Assembly (NCBI GenBank): GCA_964016885.1
Contig: OZ024742.1
Location: 292,268,001-292,332,000 of the forward strand
Direction of reading: 5' to 3'
Length of the DNA stretch: 64,000 nt
Source: Eledone cirrhosa
Taxonomy: Eukaryota
Shown: positions 48,164 to 61,361 of the stretch, one piece after another
Layout of the letters: each line of letters begins with the position of its first letter
How positions within the stretch are numbered: the first letter of the stretch is position 1
Program-made: the position numbers and the translations under genes
The notes under the pieces: model-generated
What the model was told of the DNA's origin: nothing
What the model saw: the letters and a program-made list of their open reading frames with translations, nothing else
Database searches by the model: none

Positions 48164-50321
48164 ACACTCTAATAATAAAATCACTTCATAAGAACATTAG
48201 TATAAAAAGTTTTAACAGTTTCAAGATGAAAGTAGAAATTGAATTCGTATCTGTTATAGAAATCACTGTATACTAATAACTTTTACTGATGTTTATTACA
48301 TGGAATACCAAAAGTTTTCATGAACAGACTAAAAGCTCGTTTTATTCATAGAAAAAATAAACTGTAATAATCTTTTCATTGCAACTATTCTGGGGCTCTG
48401 CCATAAAGTACATCTCTCCCACCTCATTTTTCTTTTTCTTTCTTTTTTATCCTTTCTTTTTGTCATTGGGATATTGTAAACATAATTTGAACATCGTCAT
48501 CAGCAACATCATCATTACCATTTTTACATCTGCTTTTCCATGCTTGCATCTCTCTACTTGCTGCATTTCTTCATCATCTCCTCAGTGAGTCATTTGAAAA
48601 AACAAAAAAAAAAGAATATGGAAATCCTCATCATCAATGATTGTCTTTCCAGGCTGGCATGGGCTGGATTTGTTGTCACAGACCAATTCTGTAATTAATT
48701 GGAGATACTGCATTCCTCAATAGACTGGGGCAATGGCTTCTATAGTTGGATGCCCTTCCTATTACAAGTTACTTTACAAACTATACTTGGTGAGTTTTAT
48801 CATGTGATCAGCACTAGAGAGGTTATCATGTACACTCAGGTCTTGAATAATTGTCCCCCCACACTGCTTATTAATTTTTCAGATTCCCCACCTCCCTCCA
48901 CTTATTATATTTTGCTAATCTAACTCCAGCAAAATTTTATTTTAGGTGGTAGCACTCCTGCGACAATTAATTTTCATTAGACATTAAAAAGCCACTTTAC
49001 ATGACAAAAAAGAACATTACTAGAAATCGCATATGTTATAAAATAAATAGGATGGGTTGAGGTCTCAATGTGTAAGCTAAATGACTAATTCTGGTTTTTC
49101 AAAAAATCAACAGGGACAACCTAGAAAAATTACCGATTCCCCACCCACTTATTCCACCCATCCCCTATTATTTGGAACCAGAGAGTACTTGATACAACTA
49201 GAGAATCCTCTTAACTCTTTGTTAGGCATGACTTCTACTGTTGGATGTCCTTATTAACATCAATAACTTTACAAAGTGTAATGGGTGTATTTTACCATGG
49301 CAACAGCCCAAGGGATATTGTTGTGTACTTGACACAACTGAAGAATCCTCTCATCCCTTTGTATGGAAGTTTGAAAAAAACGAACTCTTTATATTGTTTT
49401 AAAGTATGTTTTTCCTCTCAAGCAAAGAACTACGGTGCATGAATTACGACAATAAAATAGTTGTGAATACATTAGGGGAATAATTCCATGAAGCAGGAAA
49501 AAGGAAATTATTGCCACAGGTTCCTTGCTTGATAGCAAAAATATACTTTGAAATTTCAATCTCCCATGTGCTTTATAGACTTTCTGTTGTATTCTTTATA
49601 TAATAATAATTCTATTAAAGGAATATCATTGGTTTATCTGCTTATTGGCCAGCTAAAGTGATCTGATACAGCATTTCAACAACACCATGTAAGCAGCTTA
49701 TCGAGATTTACTTTCAATAATTAAAACATGATGATTTAGTGTAAGAAGATTTTACAAGTTATTATATTATATTATTCTAGAAAATATTTCTATTTCCATT
49801 CCTTTTCAATCCCATTTTCTTTCTGTGTTTGTTTTCCCACCCATTCCTTAGAGTTTTTATTTTCTTAATAAATTATTACTTAATGATATTTTAAAATTCA
49901 TTAGCCAGGTTTAGAAATGGTTTTGAATAATAATGAGATTAAAGTGTAATCTCAGTGTTATATAAACAAGAAAAATAAATAAATCGTGAAATAAAAAATA
50001 AAGAAAGAAATGGACATGACTGTGAGGATAAGGTGTTTTGTTTCGAACCCACATAGTTTCAGGTTCAGTTCCACAGCATGACACCTTGAGAAAGTATTTT
50101 TCTCTATAATTCTTGGTTGACGGTTGACAAATGTGTTATAAGTGAAACTTGGAAGATGGAAGCTGTAGAAGACTGATAAAACAATAGTTGAAACTTTGAA
50201 GTTACTGCAATGTTTCTCTTTAATAAATGTCATACTTTGCTCACATGTACTGAGTGGTCATTCAGTTAATGTTTGAAGTGCACTAATATTTAAAACACCT
50301 ACTTTAGTGTGTGTATATATA

Positions 50322-53300
50322 GGTACAGCCACCGGAAATAACATCTGTGAAATATACAGCTCCATCTACCTGTTAGCTAGCTACCTCACCGTGAAACAAA
50401 AAACCCTTAAAATCCACCAGAATAAACGCCTACGCAGCGACTAAACATCAAACGATTATTTCTGTATAAATAGAGTGATTCCAAACACTTTCGCCAGTCG
50501 ACCTTTGGCAGTCAGCTAGCGTATCGTTGTTCCTCTACTCTGCCACACTTGTCACTCACACACGCCTTGTACCTTGTATCGTCGCTTCATGTGAAAATAA
50601 ATAGCTGATCAAAACTACATCTCTCGCCTTGCTCGTCCTTTCAACTTGTGCTTTCGTCTGTCCATCCTTACCGTATGCGACAACAGTTCTTTTAAGGGCT
50701 ATCTTCAGATCTGATCAGACCGTATGCGATAACAGTCCTTCTAAGGGCTATTCTCGGATCTGATCGGAAGTAGTGACGAGACTGACCAACCACGTCGCTA
50801 CAATTGGTGACCCCGACGTAATTCGAACGCGCAACCAGATAGCACCTAAGAAGATACCAACATGGACATGTCACAACCAACGACAGAGGCCGAGATTTCA
50901 GAGCTGCGGGCTATGATCAGAGAGCGGGATGGTCAAATTAAAGCACTCTCAAATCAAGTAGAGAACCTGACCTTTCAAACACACTGACGACGCAGTAACA
51001 GTCGATCCAGGCCTTTTCCCAGTCGACGATCCAGAAGTCCCAGTCAAAATCGTGTGTCTGGCAACCTCTGCTGGTATCACGCAAATTTAGGTGCACTGGC
51101 ATCTAAGTGCAAAGCCCCGTGCTCTTTCCAGAATACCACCCAGGGCTTAGCGACGACGTTCACCCCTGGTACTGAAAAGAAAAGTCGTCTATTTCTTATT
51201 AACGATCAAGCGACAGGCATCCGTTACCTCGTGGATACAGGAGCCCAGGTTAGTGTTATTCCGGTTTCACTAATCTCGGGTAAAAGACACCCAACACCGT
51301 CCTTTCTGCAGGCAGTGAACCAATCGTCAATTCCGACTTTCGGGGAGAAATCACTGACCCTCAATTTAGGCCTGAGGCTGCGTTTTCAATGGGTGTTCGT
51401 CGTGGCAGACCTGCCGACCCCTATCTTAGGAGCCGATTTTCTCCACCACTTCAATCTTCTGGTGGACATGAAGAACCGGAGGCTTATTGACACCACCACA
51501 AACCTCACTGTGAGAGGTATATTTACCACGCAATCCACAGTTATCCCTGTAATTTGCCAGTCAGAGCCTTCGCGTTACAACAGCATTCTCCAGAAATACC
51601 CAGACACCACACGCCCGTTATTTAAGTATAGACCTATTAAGCATAGTGTCACACACCACATCGAGACAAGAGGACCACCCACAGCTGCCCGACCAAGGAG
51701 ACTGCCTCCAGACCGATTGACAATTGCCAAACAGGAGTTCCAACACATGCTGGACCTCGGAATCATTCGCCCTTCCTCCAGCAACTGGTCTGCATCCCCA
51801 CACCTTGTTCCTAAAAAAAAACGAGAATGATTGGCGACCATGTGGGGATTATCGTGCACTTAACAATTCTACAGTACCCGATAATTACCCTGTACCTCAC
51901 CTGCACGACTTTTCTGCCTCTCTGCAAAGCGCACGCATCTTTTCCAAGATAGATTTGGTACGTGCATATAACCAGATACCTATGGAGCCTGCAGATATTC
52001 TGAAGACCGCAATCACAACACCGTTCGGTTTATTTGAATTCCTGCGAATGCCGTTCGGTATGCGCAACGCTACACACACTTTTCAGCGGTTTATTAACAC
52101 TGTGTTACATGATTTACCCTTCGTATACGCGTTTATTGACGACGTGCTGGTAGCAAGTACTTTCGAGCAAGAACACGAGAAGCACTTAGATCTCCTTTTC
52201 CAACGTTTGGCTGAGTACGGTATCATCATCAACCTCAGCAAGTGCCTTCTCGGTGTTCCTTCACTGTCCTTTCTCGGTCACATCATTGATAAAGACGGCA
52301 TTCGTCCACTTCCGAGAAAGTAGAAGCTATCCGCAGTTTTCCCGCACCTACATCACTTCGGAAGCTGCGTGAATTCCTCGGTCTGGTGAATTTTTATAGG
52401 CCTTTCATCCCTCATTGTTCCGACGCAGCCAGACTCCTCACGGACCTTCTTCGTAACCGGACTCACAAAAACGAAGAGATCACTCTAAACGAGGAAGAAT
52501 TAACATCTTTTAACCGCCTGAAGGAAATGTTGGCAAACGCTTCCATGCTCGTTTTCCCCAGGTCTGGCGCTCCTCTTTCGCTGCTAGTGGACGCATCAGA
52601 CACGGGGGTTGGAGGCGTTTTACAACATGTCGACGGCGTTTGGCAACCCTTATCCTTCCTTTCTAAGCGGTTGCAACCTGCAGAAACGAAATACAGTACC
52701 TTTGGCCGCGAACTCTTGGCAACCTACCTTTCGGTTAAGCATTTTCGGCATATTCTCAAAGGGTCGGATTTCGTGATCTACACGGGCCATAAAACACTAG
52801 TTTATGCGTTCCGTACCAAACCTGATCGACATTCACCGAGAGAACTCCGACACCTGGATTTTGTCTCCCAATATTCAACTGATATTCGGCATATCAAGGG
52901 ATCAGACTACGTAGCAGCCGACGCCCTGTCCCTAATCCAGCTGAACGCAATACATGTGCATTCAGGCATCGACCTTCAACAGATCGCAGCTGACCAAGAG
53001 ACTGACGAAGAGTTTATCAAGCCCCGAGATTCGCCATCCCTCAAGTTTCAGCAAGTTCCCATTCCTTCTTCTCCGGGACAAATTTGGTGCGACCTTTCTA
53101 CCGATCATGAACGACCTTACGTACCACAGATGCATCGTCGACAAGTTTTTTCTGCTTTACACTGCTTGTCTCACCCGGGAATCCGGGCTACACAGAAACT
53201 CATCTCTGCTCGTTTTGTGTGGACAAACATTAACAAGGACGTGCGCGACTGGTCCAGGAGCTGCATTGCCTGCCAGAAAGCCAAAATCCACAGACACATC

Positions 53301-55646
53301 AAAACTCCACTCGGCACATTCGCGCAACCTGATGCACGTTTTCATCATGTGCCTATCGACATCGTCGGACCTCTACCACCATCACAGAACTACACACACT
53401 TGCTCACCTGCATAGATCGATTTTCCCGTTGGCCTGAGGCTTTTCCCATAAATGATACCTCAGCGGAAACAGTCGCTAAAACTTTGGTTTTACACTGGGT
53501 ATCACGTTATGGCACCCCAGCGAAGATAACAACGGACAGAGGACGCCAATTTGACTCCCACCTCTTCAAGGAACTGACTCACCTGTTAGGATGTAAACAC
53601 ATCAGCACAACAGCTCATCACCCGCAAGCTAATGGTCTCGTGGAAAGATTCCATCGCCAATTGAAAGCTGCAATAAAAGCATATCCAGACAAGACCCACT
53701 GGTTTGAATACCTACCACTCATCCTTCTGGGCATTCGATCCACTGTTAAGGAGGAATTCGGACACACACCTGCAGAATTAGTGTACGGCACCACCCTGGT
53801 TCTACCTGGTCAGATGTTTGCTCCCATCTTTCCTCAGGACGTTCCAGACCCAGGATCATACGTACACCGTCTTCGACAATATATGTCTCACCTTGCTCCT
53901 GCAAGCACCCGTCAACAGAACACGGCCACACACGTACCTTCAGACATTAAAGATTGGACACACGTTTTCGTTCGAAACGACACCATCTCAGCTCATCTTC
54001 GACCTCCATATTCTGGCCCTTATCGTGTTCGAAAAAAATATCCGAAATATTTTATTCTCGATCTAGATGGTAAACAGAATTCTGTCAGCGTGGACAGATT
54101 AAAAAAAAGCCATCATGGATACTGTTACAGTATCTACACCAGAAACTCCAACAGATTGCTGTTCCAGCGAGCCACCTGTTTCATCTCCAGTCACGAGAGT
54201 TGGACGACATGTCCATTGGCCCGCCAAGTTGGCACAATATGTGAATTACCGTTAACCTCAAGTGAGTTTCTTAATCATTCTTCTTGCAAAACATTCCCAT
54301 TTCCCTTGTGTTGACTATTTCCAGTTTCAAATACAATGAAATTTCTGCTTGAACAATTGCAATTTTTAGTGACCATGTGCTCATGTCACGAAGAACATTA
54401 TTTATTATGAACATTATTTATTACAAACACTGTTTAAGAACAAACATTGTGTATAGCATTGTGTATAACATTTTTTTTTTCTTCTCTCTCTTGTTTTGCA
54501 AAAATTTTTATTTTTCTTGTTACACATTAATTGTGTAATTGCCATAATTTTTATATACATACAAGGCGTGTACATATTCTGTTTTTCATGCACACTACAA
54601 AACCACGTTTGTTTCAACTTTTGGTTCATACACTGAACAATAGATATTTGTGTCCCTCTAACTCTTACACTACAAAATGTTTTCTCTTTGATCACGCATT
54701 TCACAAATCGCATCTTCAAAACACTGGCCTTCTTTTTCCACGTACACATTCACTCAATAGCTCGAGAATGCCTCGCTATTTTTTTACCACATGCATTCAC
54801 TCAAGTCATATGCTGTGGAGCAAACTGTTACTTTTAGGCAGCATGCTTACGGCCATTCAGTTCACACATTACGGTTATCTTCACTGCCCAGTTAGACTTT
54901 TTGTCATGCAATTCACAGGCAGCTCAACTCAAATTGCAACAGGCTCATTCATCACGCCTGCATAAATCTGATCAAAGTCATTTTATAGTTTATTTCTTTT
55001 TTCTCTTCCTGACACACACATCTTGCCATATCATCTCTACATCGACTCTGTCCTGTACTCGATGATCACAACACTTCACAACGTGCTGGACACTCCTGGG
55101 GCTATTGTCATGACAAATGCCCCACTGGCCCATTACTATACGATATTTCGCTCTTTTGTTGTACAAAAGATCTGGCAGGGGGCTACCGGAAATAACATCT
55201 GTGAAATATACAGCGCCATCTACCTGTTAGCTAGCTACCTCAACGTGAAACAAAAAAAATCCTTAAACCTACCAGAATAAACGCCTACGCAGAGACTAAA
55301 CATCAAACGATTATTTCTGTATAAATAGAGTGATTCCAAACACTTTCGCCAGTCGACATTTGGCAGTCAACCCGCGTATCGTTGTTCCTCGCCTCTGCCA
55401 CGCTTTGTCACTCACACACGTCTTGTACCTTGTATCGTCGCTTCATGTGAAAATAAATACCTGATCGAAACTACATCTCTCGCCTTGCTCGTCCTTTCAA
55501 CTTGTCCTTTCGTCTGTCCATCCTTACCGTATGCGACAACAGTTCTTTTAAGGGCTATCTTCAGATCTGATCAGACTGTATGCGATAACAGTTCTTCTCG
55601 GATCTGATCGGAAATAGTGACCAGACTGACCAACCACGTCGCTACA
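50322..55646 (+). mobile_element. Ty3/Gypsy LTR retrotransposon, CsRn1-like, copy 2
   Basis: Collinear with copy 1. LTRs at 50322-50802 and ~55185-55646 (first ~11 bp of the 3' LTR deleted), PBS at 50805-50836. Flanked by (TG)(TA) and (CA)n(TA)n. Confidence 0.95.
50862..54255 (+). pseudogene. Truncated gag C-terminus plus pol, frameshifted
   Basis: CWYHANLGALASKCKAPC; YLVDTGA; RT with FIDD; RNase H and integrase in ORF 52386-54314. Confidence 0.92.
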
Positions 55647-55647
55647 C

Positions 55648-55732
<85 letters not shown>

Positions 55733-55745
55733 GTTGTTTATTATA

Positions 55746-55806
<61 letters not shown>

Positions 55807-55897
55807 CGAAGGAAATGTGGTAAGGAACCAGATAGACCATAACGCACCAAAGTACTCAATACTTAGGGTAGTAGAGTGGGTAATAAGAACAAATATG

Positions 55898-55993
55898 ACC
55901 CCGACGGCAGAGCACAAGCCGTGTCGACGGCTAATTCTGGACTAAATAAGAATTTTTAGGCTGGTAAATAAATAGCCGAACTTCTCAGGGGGT
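55898..55993 (-). ncRNA. Type I hammerhead ribozyme motif (decayed: GAAA>GACA)
   Basis: Inverted copy of 59873-59968. Confidence 0.5.
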
Positions 55994-57113
55994 AATTCCA
56001 TATATGGGAAGATAGTAATTGTCAAGAGGATTGGTCAAAAATTTGTTGTAAAGACAGTTGATTCTATCATGGCATTTAGTGTAAGGTAGGGTAGGGGTAG
56101 CTGAACTTTCCGGTAGAACAAAGAAGGAGTGGGGGAAGCCCAGTCAGGCGTTGAAAGTGAAATCTATACAGCAGATTCTAAGGAGAGTGTATAGAAGGTC
56201 GAAAAAAGTGTACTGGATAAGGGGAGGGGGGGGGTTGAAAAAGTAGGTAAATCGAAAGGGAGTAAACAAACGAGCCATTATAAAGATGAGGGGATAAATA
56301 TATAAAAAAACAAATATATAAACAAACAGCAATTTCTGGTTACTATTCCATCCCCACAATCCCCAAATCTCTCATTTGTATTGTTAAGCTATAGAAACAT
56401 TTAATAGGTGGAGAAAAATGCTAAATACGGGATTGTAATGAAAGCATTTTATAAAGCCATCTTTACAGAGGGTCTGACACCACTGCAAAAGTTAGTAGTA
56501 ATCAGCCAATGGTATCTTACAATGACAGGTTAATAAGTTGAGGACAAACATACTAAAAACCTAATACGAACTATTAATTCAGAATACTAATACATACTAA
56601 TACCAAGAATACTAAAGCAAAAATACCACTAAGAATTTTATAAAGCCATCTTTACAGGGTGTCAAACACCACTGCAATAGTTAGTAATAATCAGCCAATG
56701 CTATTTTACAATGACAGGTTAATAATTTGAGGGCAAACATATTAAAAAAACTAATACGAAATATTAATTCAGAATACTAATACATAAATGCTAATACAAG
56801 AATACCAATGCAGAAATACCACTAAGAAATTTAGAAATCACGGAAATGGAGCAGCAACCAGAAAGAAAGCAATTATCTGGGGTCTAACACATCTGCTATA
56901 AAAAGCGTAATCGGCCAATTCTAGCTTAAAATTAGGGGGGGGGGGCTGAGGCTACAGAGGACCGATGGGCTGCATCGGGGTGGGCGAAAAGTTGAAAAAA
57001 AAAACGACAAAGAAGGAGTTTTGGGGTGGAAGGACTAGGAAGAGATGGGGGTAAGAAGGAACTATAGAGGAAAAGATAGCATTGGCTGATTATTACTAAC
57101 TATTGCAGTGGTA

Positions 57114-59200
57114 TATAGCGAGGATACTGGGTTGTATGAATGTAACAAAACGAGACATTGTTTGTGTATATAATATTTAATTAACGGTAGATAGAATACT
57201 TGACATGTCAAAGATAGATGTTAGAATGAAACAAAGTTAGTAGTTACCGTTTTGATTGCCAGGCAAACGCGGCTGGCAGAGGGCGCCTGGCTAAGGCCAG
57301 GCGCCTGTTGGCCAAATTAATGGCAGAGCCAAATGAGAAGACTCTTGACCTGGTGCCGAAAAGGCAAAGAGAGAGAGGAAGCTTAAAGTTGTTAGTTTTA
57401 TAGGGCTCTGACCGGAAGTCGCAGAAAGGGTTCCACCTCCCGTCTAGATCCCAATCAAAACAAGGGAGACAACCGCTACATAACCTCCCGCCAGAATTTT
57501 AGTGTATAAAAATCGAAATGAAAATATGTAGCAAGTTGGCGAGAATGTTGTAACAGGCATGAAAATTACGACAAAAGAATGTTTGGAAAAATCAATGATA
57601 GATATCAAGGTAGCCAACCGCTCTTGGCCAGAGAACGACTGGACATCCATCTATCCATCACCCAAAGATACAATGTAATAAAGTAAAAGTAATAGAAGAG
57701 CTCAAAGTTCAAAATATAGTTCACAGGTGTGCAATCACATGACAGCAGGAAAGAAAGTGTGTTCCAGAGAATGAATGCAGGTGGTTTCTGTTCTGTGGTA
57801 TATCGTGAAATTTCCAACCTCCGAATGGATTTTCTCACAGGAAGAGTGCTGCAAAAATGAATTCTCTGGCTTTGGTGAAGCTGTATTGATGTATTGCTGT
57901 TGCTGCTGCTGTTGTCTCGCTGAGTGAGCGTATTCGGTGTTTAAATTCACAGTAAAAAAATTTTTTTTTAGAAAAAATGAGTTGCGCAAAGTGCTAGAAA
58001 TAGCAGCCGAAGTTGATGGTCGATGTTGAGAATGCGTTGACCTGGAAGGGTCAAGAGGCCAGCGACCAGAGAAATAAGCATTCTTAATAAATGCGCGGTT
58101 ATCAACTGTAACTTTACATTGTAAATTTATAAACCGGCAAATAGAAGAATATAGCTTAAGGCTGAAGAATCCTTGGGGGAGAAATGCTATCTCTGGCGTG
58201 CGGCTGTCTGTGAGTAGAGACATCTCAGTGAATCGAGAATTTATGCTGCCTACACGTGCCAATACAAGGTTGAAAAAAAATATTTCTAACGCGCGAGAAA
58301 ATGATAGTGCAATTTTGAAAGTGATAATGATGAAAAAGAAAGGCTTCAATCAGCATAATTATAGGTGTGAACTTTGGAAAAAAACAAAAAACTTGAACGA
58401 TGAAGAAAACGATGAACAAAAGGCAATGGTTCATCGAAAATAAATGTTCCTGTTGAAATGTTTTTTAAAGAATATCAAATTTCTTTTTTTTTTTGTGTTT
58501 TGAAAGAGTTCGTTGTAAGAAACGAGAAACATATATATATATCGTGAAATGTTTTTTTTTGTTTTGAAAGTGTTCGTTGTAAGAAACGAGAAACATATAT
58601 ATATATTGGTGAAATGCGACAGTTAATTGATGCGTGAGAGAAAAAGTATGTCTGTGCGAATTCCACATGTGCGTGTGTGCGTGTCCTTGAGTATTTTCAT
58701 AGTTTGTCGCTAAATTTGCTGTGTATTCGTAATGTTACTCACAAAACCAGATGTGCTATTTTTTTCTTTTTTTGGGGGGGTGACCCTTATAGCGATGAAC
58801 GGCTGCGTGTTCGTATCACGTCAGGGTTACCAATATAGCGAGGATACTGGGTTGTATGAATGTAACAAAACGAGACATTGTTTGTGTATATAATATTTAA
58901 TTAACGGTAGATAGAATACTTGACATGTCAAAGATAGATGTTAGAATGTAACAAAGTTAGTAGTTACCGTTTTGATTGCCAGGCAAACGCGGCTGGCAGA
59001 GGGCGCCTGGCTAAGGCCAGGCGCCTGTTGGCCAAATTAATGGCAGAGCCAAATGAGAAGACTCTTGACCTGGTGCCGAAAAGGCAAAGAGAGAGAGGAA
59101 GCTTAAAGTTGTTAGTTTTATAGGGCTCTGACCGGAAGTCGCAGAAAGGGTTCCACCTCCCGTCTAGATCCCAATCAAAACAAGGGAGACAACCGCTACA
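57114..59200 (-). mobile_element. Young non-autonomous LTR retrotransposon (2.1 kb, no recognisable coding domains)
   Basis: 367-bp LTRs at 58834-59200 and 57114-57480, differing at one position seen (TGTAGCG...CGCTATA on -). tRNA-Trp PBS at 58801-58832; PPT-like GGCGGGAGG next to the 3' LTR. Confidence 0.9.
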
Positions 59201-59872
59201 ATAGCATTGGCTGATTATTACTAACTATTGCAGTGGTAAAGATGGCTTTATAAAATTCTTAGTGGTATTTTTGCTTTAGTATTCTTGGTATTAGTATGTA
59301 TTAGTATTCTGAATTAATAGTTCGTATTAGGTTTTTAGTATGTTTGTCCTCAACTTATTAACCTGTCATTGTAAGATACCATTGGCTGATTACTACTAAC
59401 TTTTGCAGTGGTGTCAGACCCCCTGTAAAGATGGCTTTATAAAATGCTTTCATTACAATCCCGTATTTAGCATTTTTCTCCACCTATTAAACGTTTCTAT
59501 AGCTTAACAATACCAATGAGAGATTTGGGGATGGAATAGTAACCAGAAATTGCTGTTTGTTTATATATTTATCCCCTCATCTTTATAATGGCTCGTTTGT
59601 TTACTCCCTTTCGATTTACCTACTTTTTCAACCCCACCCCCTCCCCTTCTCCAGTACACTTTTTTCGACCTTCTATACACTATCCTGATAATCTGCTGTA
59701 TAGATTTCACTTTCAACGCTTGACTGGGCTTCCCCCACTCCTTCTTTGTTTACCGGCAAGTTCAGCTACCCCTACCCTACCTTCCACTAAATGCCATGAT
59801 AGAATCAACTGTCTTTAAAACAAATTTTTGACCAATCCTCTTGACAATTACTATCTTCCCATATATGGAATT

Positions 59873-59968
59873 ACCCCCTGAGAAGTTCGGCTATTTATTT
59901 ACCAGGCTAAAAATTCTTATTTAGTTCAGAATTAGCCGTGGAAACGGCTTGAGCTCTGCCGTCGGGGT
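59873..59968 (+). ncRNA. Type I hammerhead ribozyme motif with long stem II
   Basis: ACCCC-CTGAGAA-G..CGGCTA...TAGCCG..-GAAA-CGGC-ttgagctct-GCCG-TC-GGGGT. GUC triplet; core has G8>A. Confidence 0.65.
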
Positions 59969-59978
59969 CATATTTGTT

Positions 59979-60031
<53 letters not shown>

Positions 60032-60053
60032 ATTTATTATAAAAACAGACTAA

Positions 60054-60104
60054 AGTTTAAGCAAAGAATCGTTGCTTTCACCCTTAACGGGATCTTCTGA
60101 AACT
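60054..60104 (-). ncRNA. Hammerhead motif in an isolated Penelope terminal fragment
   Basis: Near-identical to 63688-63738, in reverse orientation. Confidence 0.55.
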
Positions 60105-60120
60105 CATTATTTGCTCTACA

Positions 60121-60231
<111 letters not shown>

Positions 60232-60366
60232 GTATGCATGCATATATATATATATAGTAATAATAATAAATTTGAAGACTAAAATCCAAAGAGGGCTCGA
60301 TAAGGATTAATATATATCAAATATATAAGAACCGTAGAGCAAATATTTATTAAAATAACAGATTAA

Positions 60367-60417
60367 AGTTTAAGCAAAGAATCGCTGCTTTCACGCTTAG
60401 CGGGATCTTCTGAAACT
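60367..60417 (-). ncRNA. Hammerhead motif (U4>A variant) in the 3' terminal repeat
   Basis: Inverted copy of 63688-63738 with two stem II changes. Confidence 0.55.
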
Positions 60418-61361
60418 AACAAAGTCAATCTGTAAACGCAGAAGTGGATATTTCAAAAAACGTTGCAACCGGAGGAAGACAGGAAGACGATACTTTGGTT
60501 CGTGGAAACGTTCCCTGGCAAAGAACGGGAAAAAACGAATATAATACGTCATTAATAGGAGCGGTGAAAAACAATTACGCGCAAAGACAGACCACGTTTA
60601 TGGTATAAAAGAAGTCGTAGACTAATGTTCTCTTAGGTGGTTCATAGAGACGTTCTCTGGCAATGAACGGAAAAAACGAAGATAATACGTCATATGTGGA
60701 TCGTGGAGAACAATTGCACGCAAAGACAAAACCACGTAAATGTTATAGCTGAAGTCGTAGACTAAAATTCTAACTAGGAAACCGAATGATCCTCCGCTTC
60801 AGAGTTAAGAATAAAGTAAATAAAATACAATACAGAGGTAATTGAAATGAAATAAATACATACACGCGTTCAAATACGTGCATACACAAGCATACGCGAA
60901 AACACTCGCCATAGGTATACAAAACCACGCACATACAAATATGTGTGTGTGTGTGTGTGTGCGTGTATACAAATAAATAAATAATTAAATAAACGTATAT
61001 AAATAAATAAATACGTATATAACAAGCGCACACACATACCTACATGTAAATACACAAATGTTCGGAGACGTACGTCAACCAAAACATGAAGTACACATAT
61101 ACATACACCCAACATACGTACGAACCCGCATACTCACACAGACGCAAAACTCCCGTATACACATAACCAAAAGCATATATACCAGAATATATAAAAATAT
61201 ACGCCATAACATATACAATCAAATATACGTACGAGAAAGTATACGTACCTTCACAAAACATACAGGTAATATATACGTACCTATGCAAATAAGTAATGGT
61301 ATAAACATAACATATACTTAGCTACCACATCAAGACGTAAAATACCCACGTATAGATCGTA

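Larger units (their letters stand above)
55806..59979. mobile_element. Non-coding inverted-repeat element with terminal hammerheads (Penelope/retrozyme-like), interrupted by an LTR element
   Basis: ~800-bp inverted repeat (55887-56704 versus 59201-59979), internal ~188-bp tandem repeats, (TA)n on both sides. Confidence 0.75.

Noticed and set aside
57735-58349. 204-aa ORF inside the non-autonomous LTR element as gag
   Set aside because: No capsid or zinc-knuckle motif, a non-ATG start and low-complexity composition.
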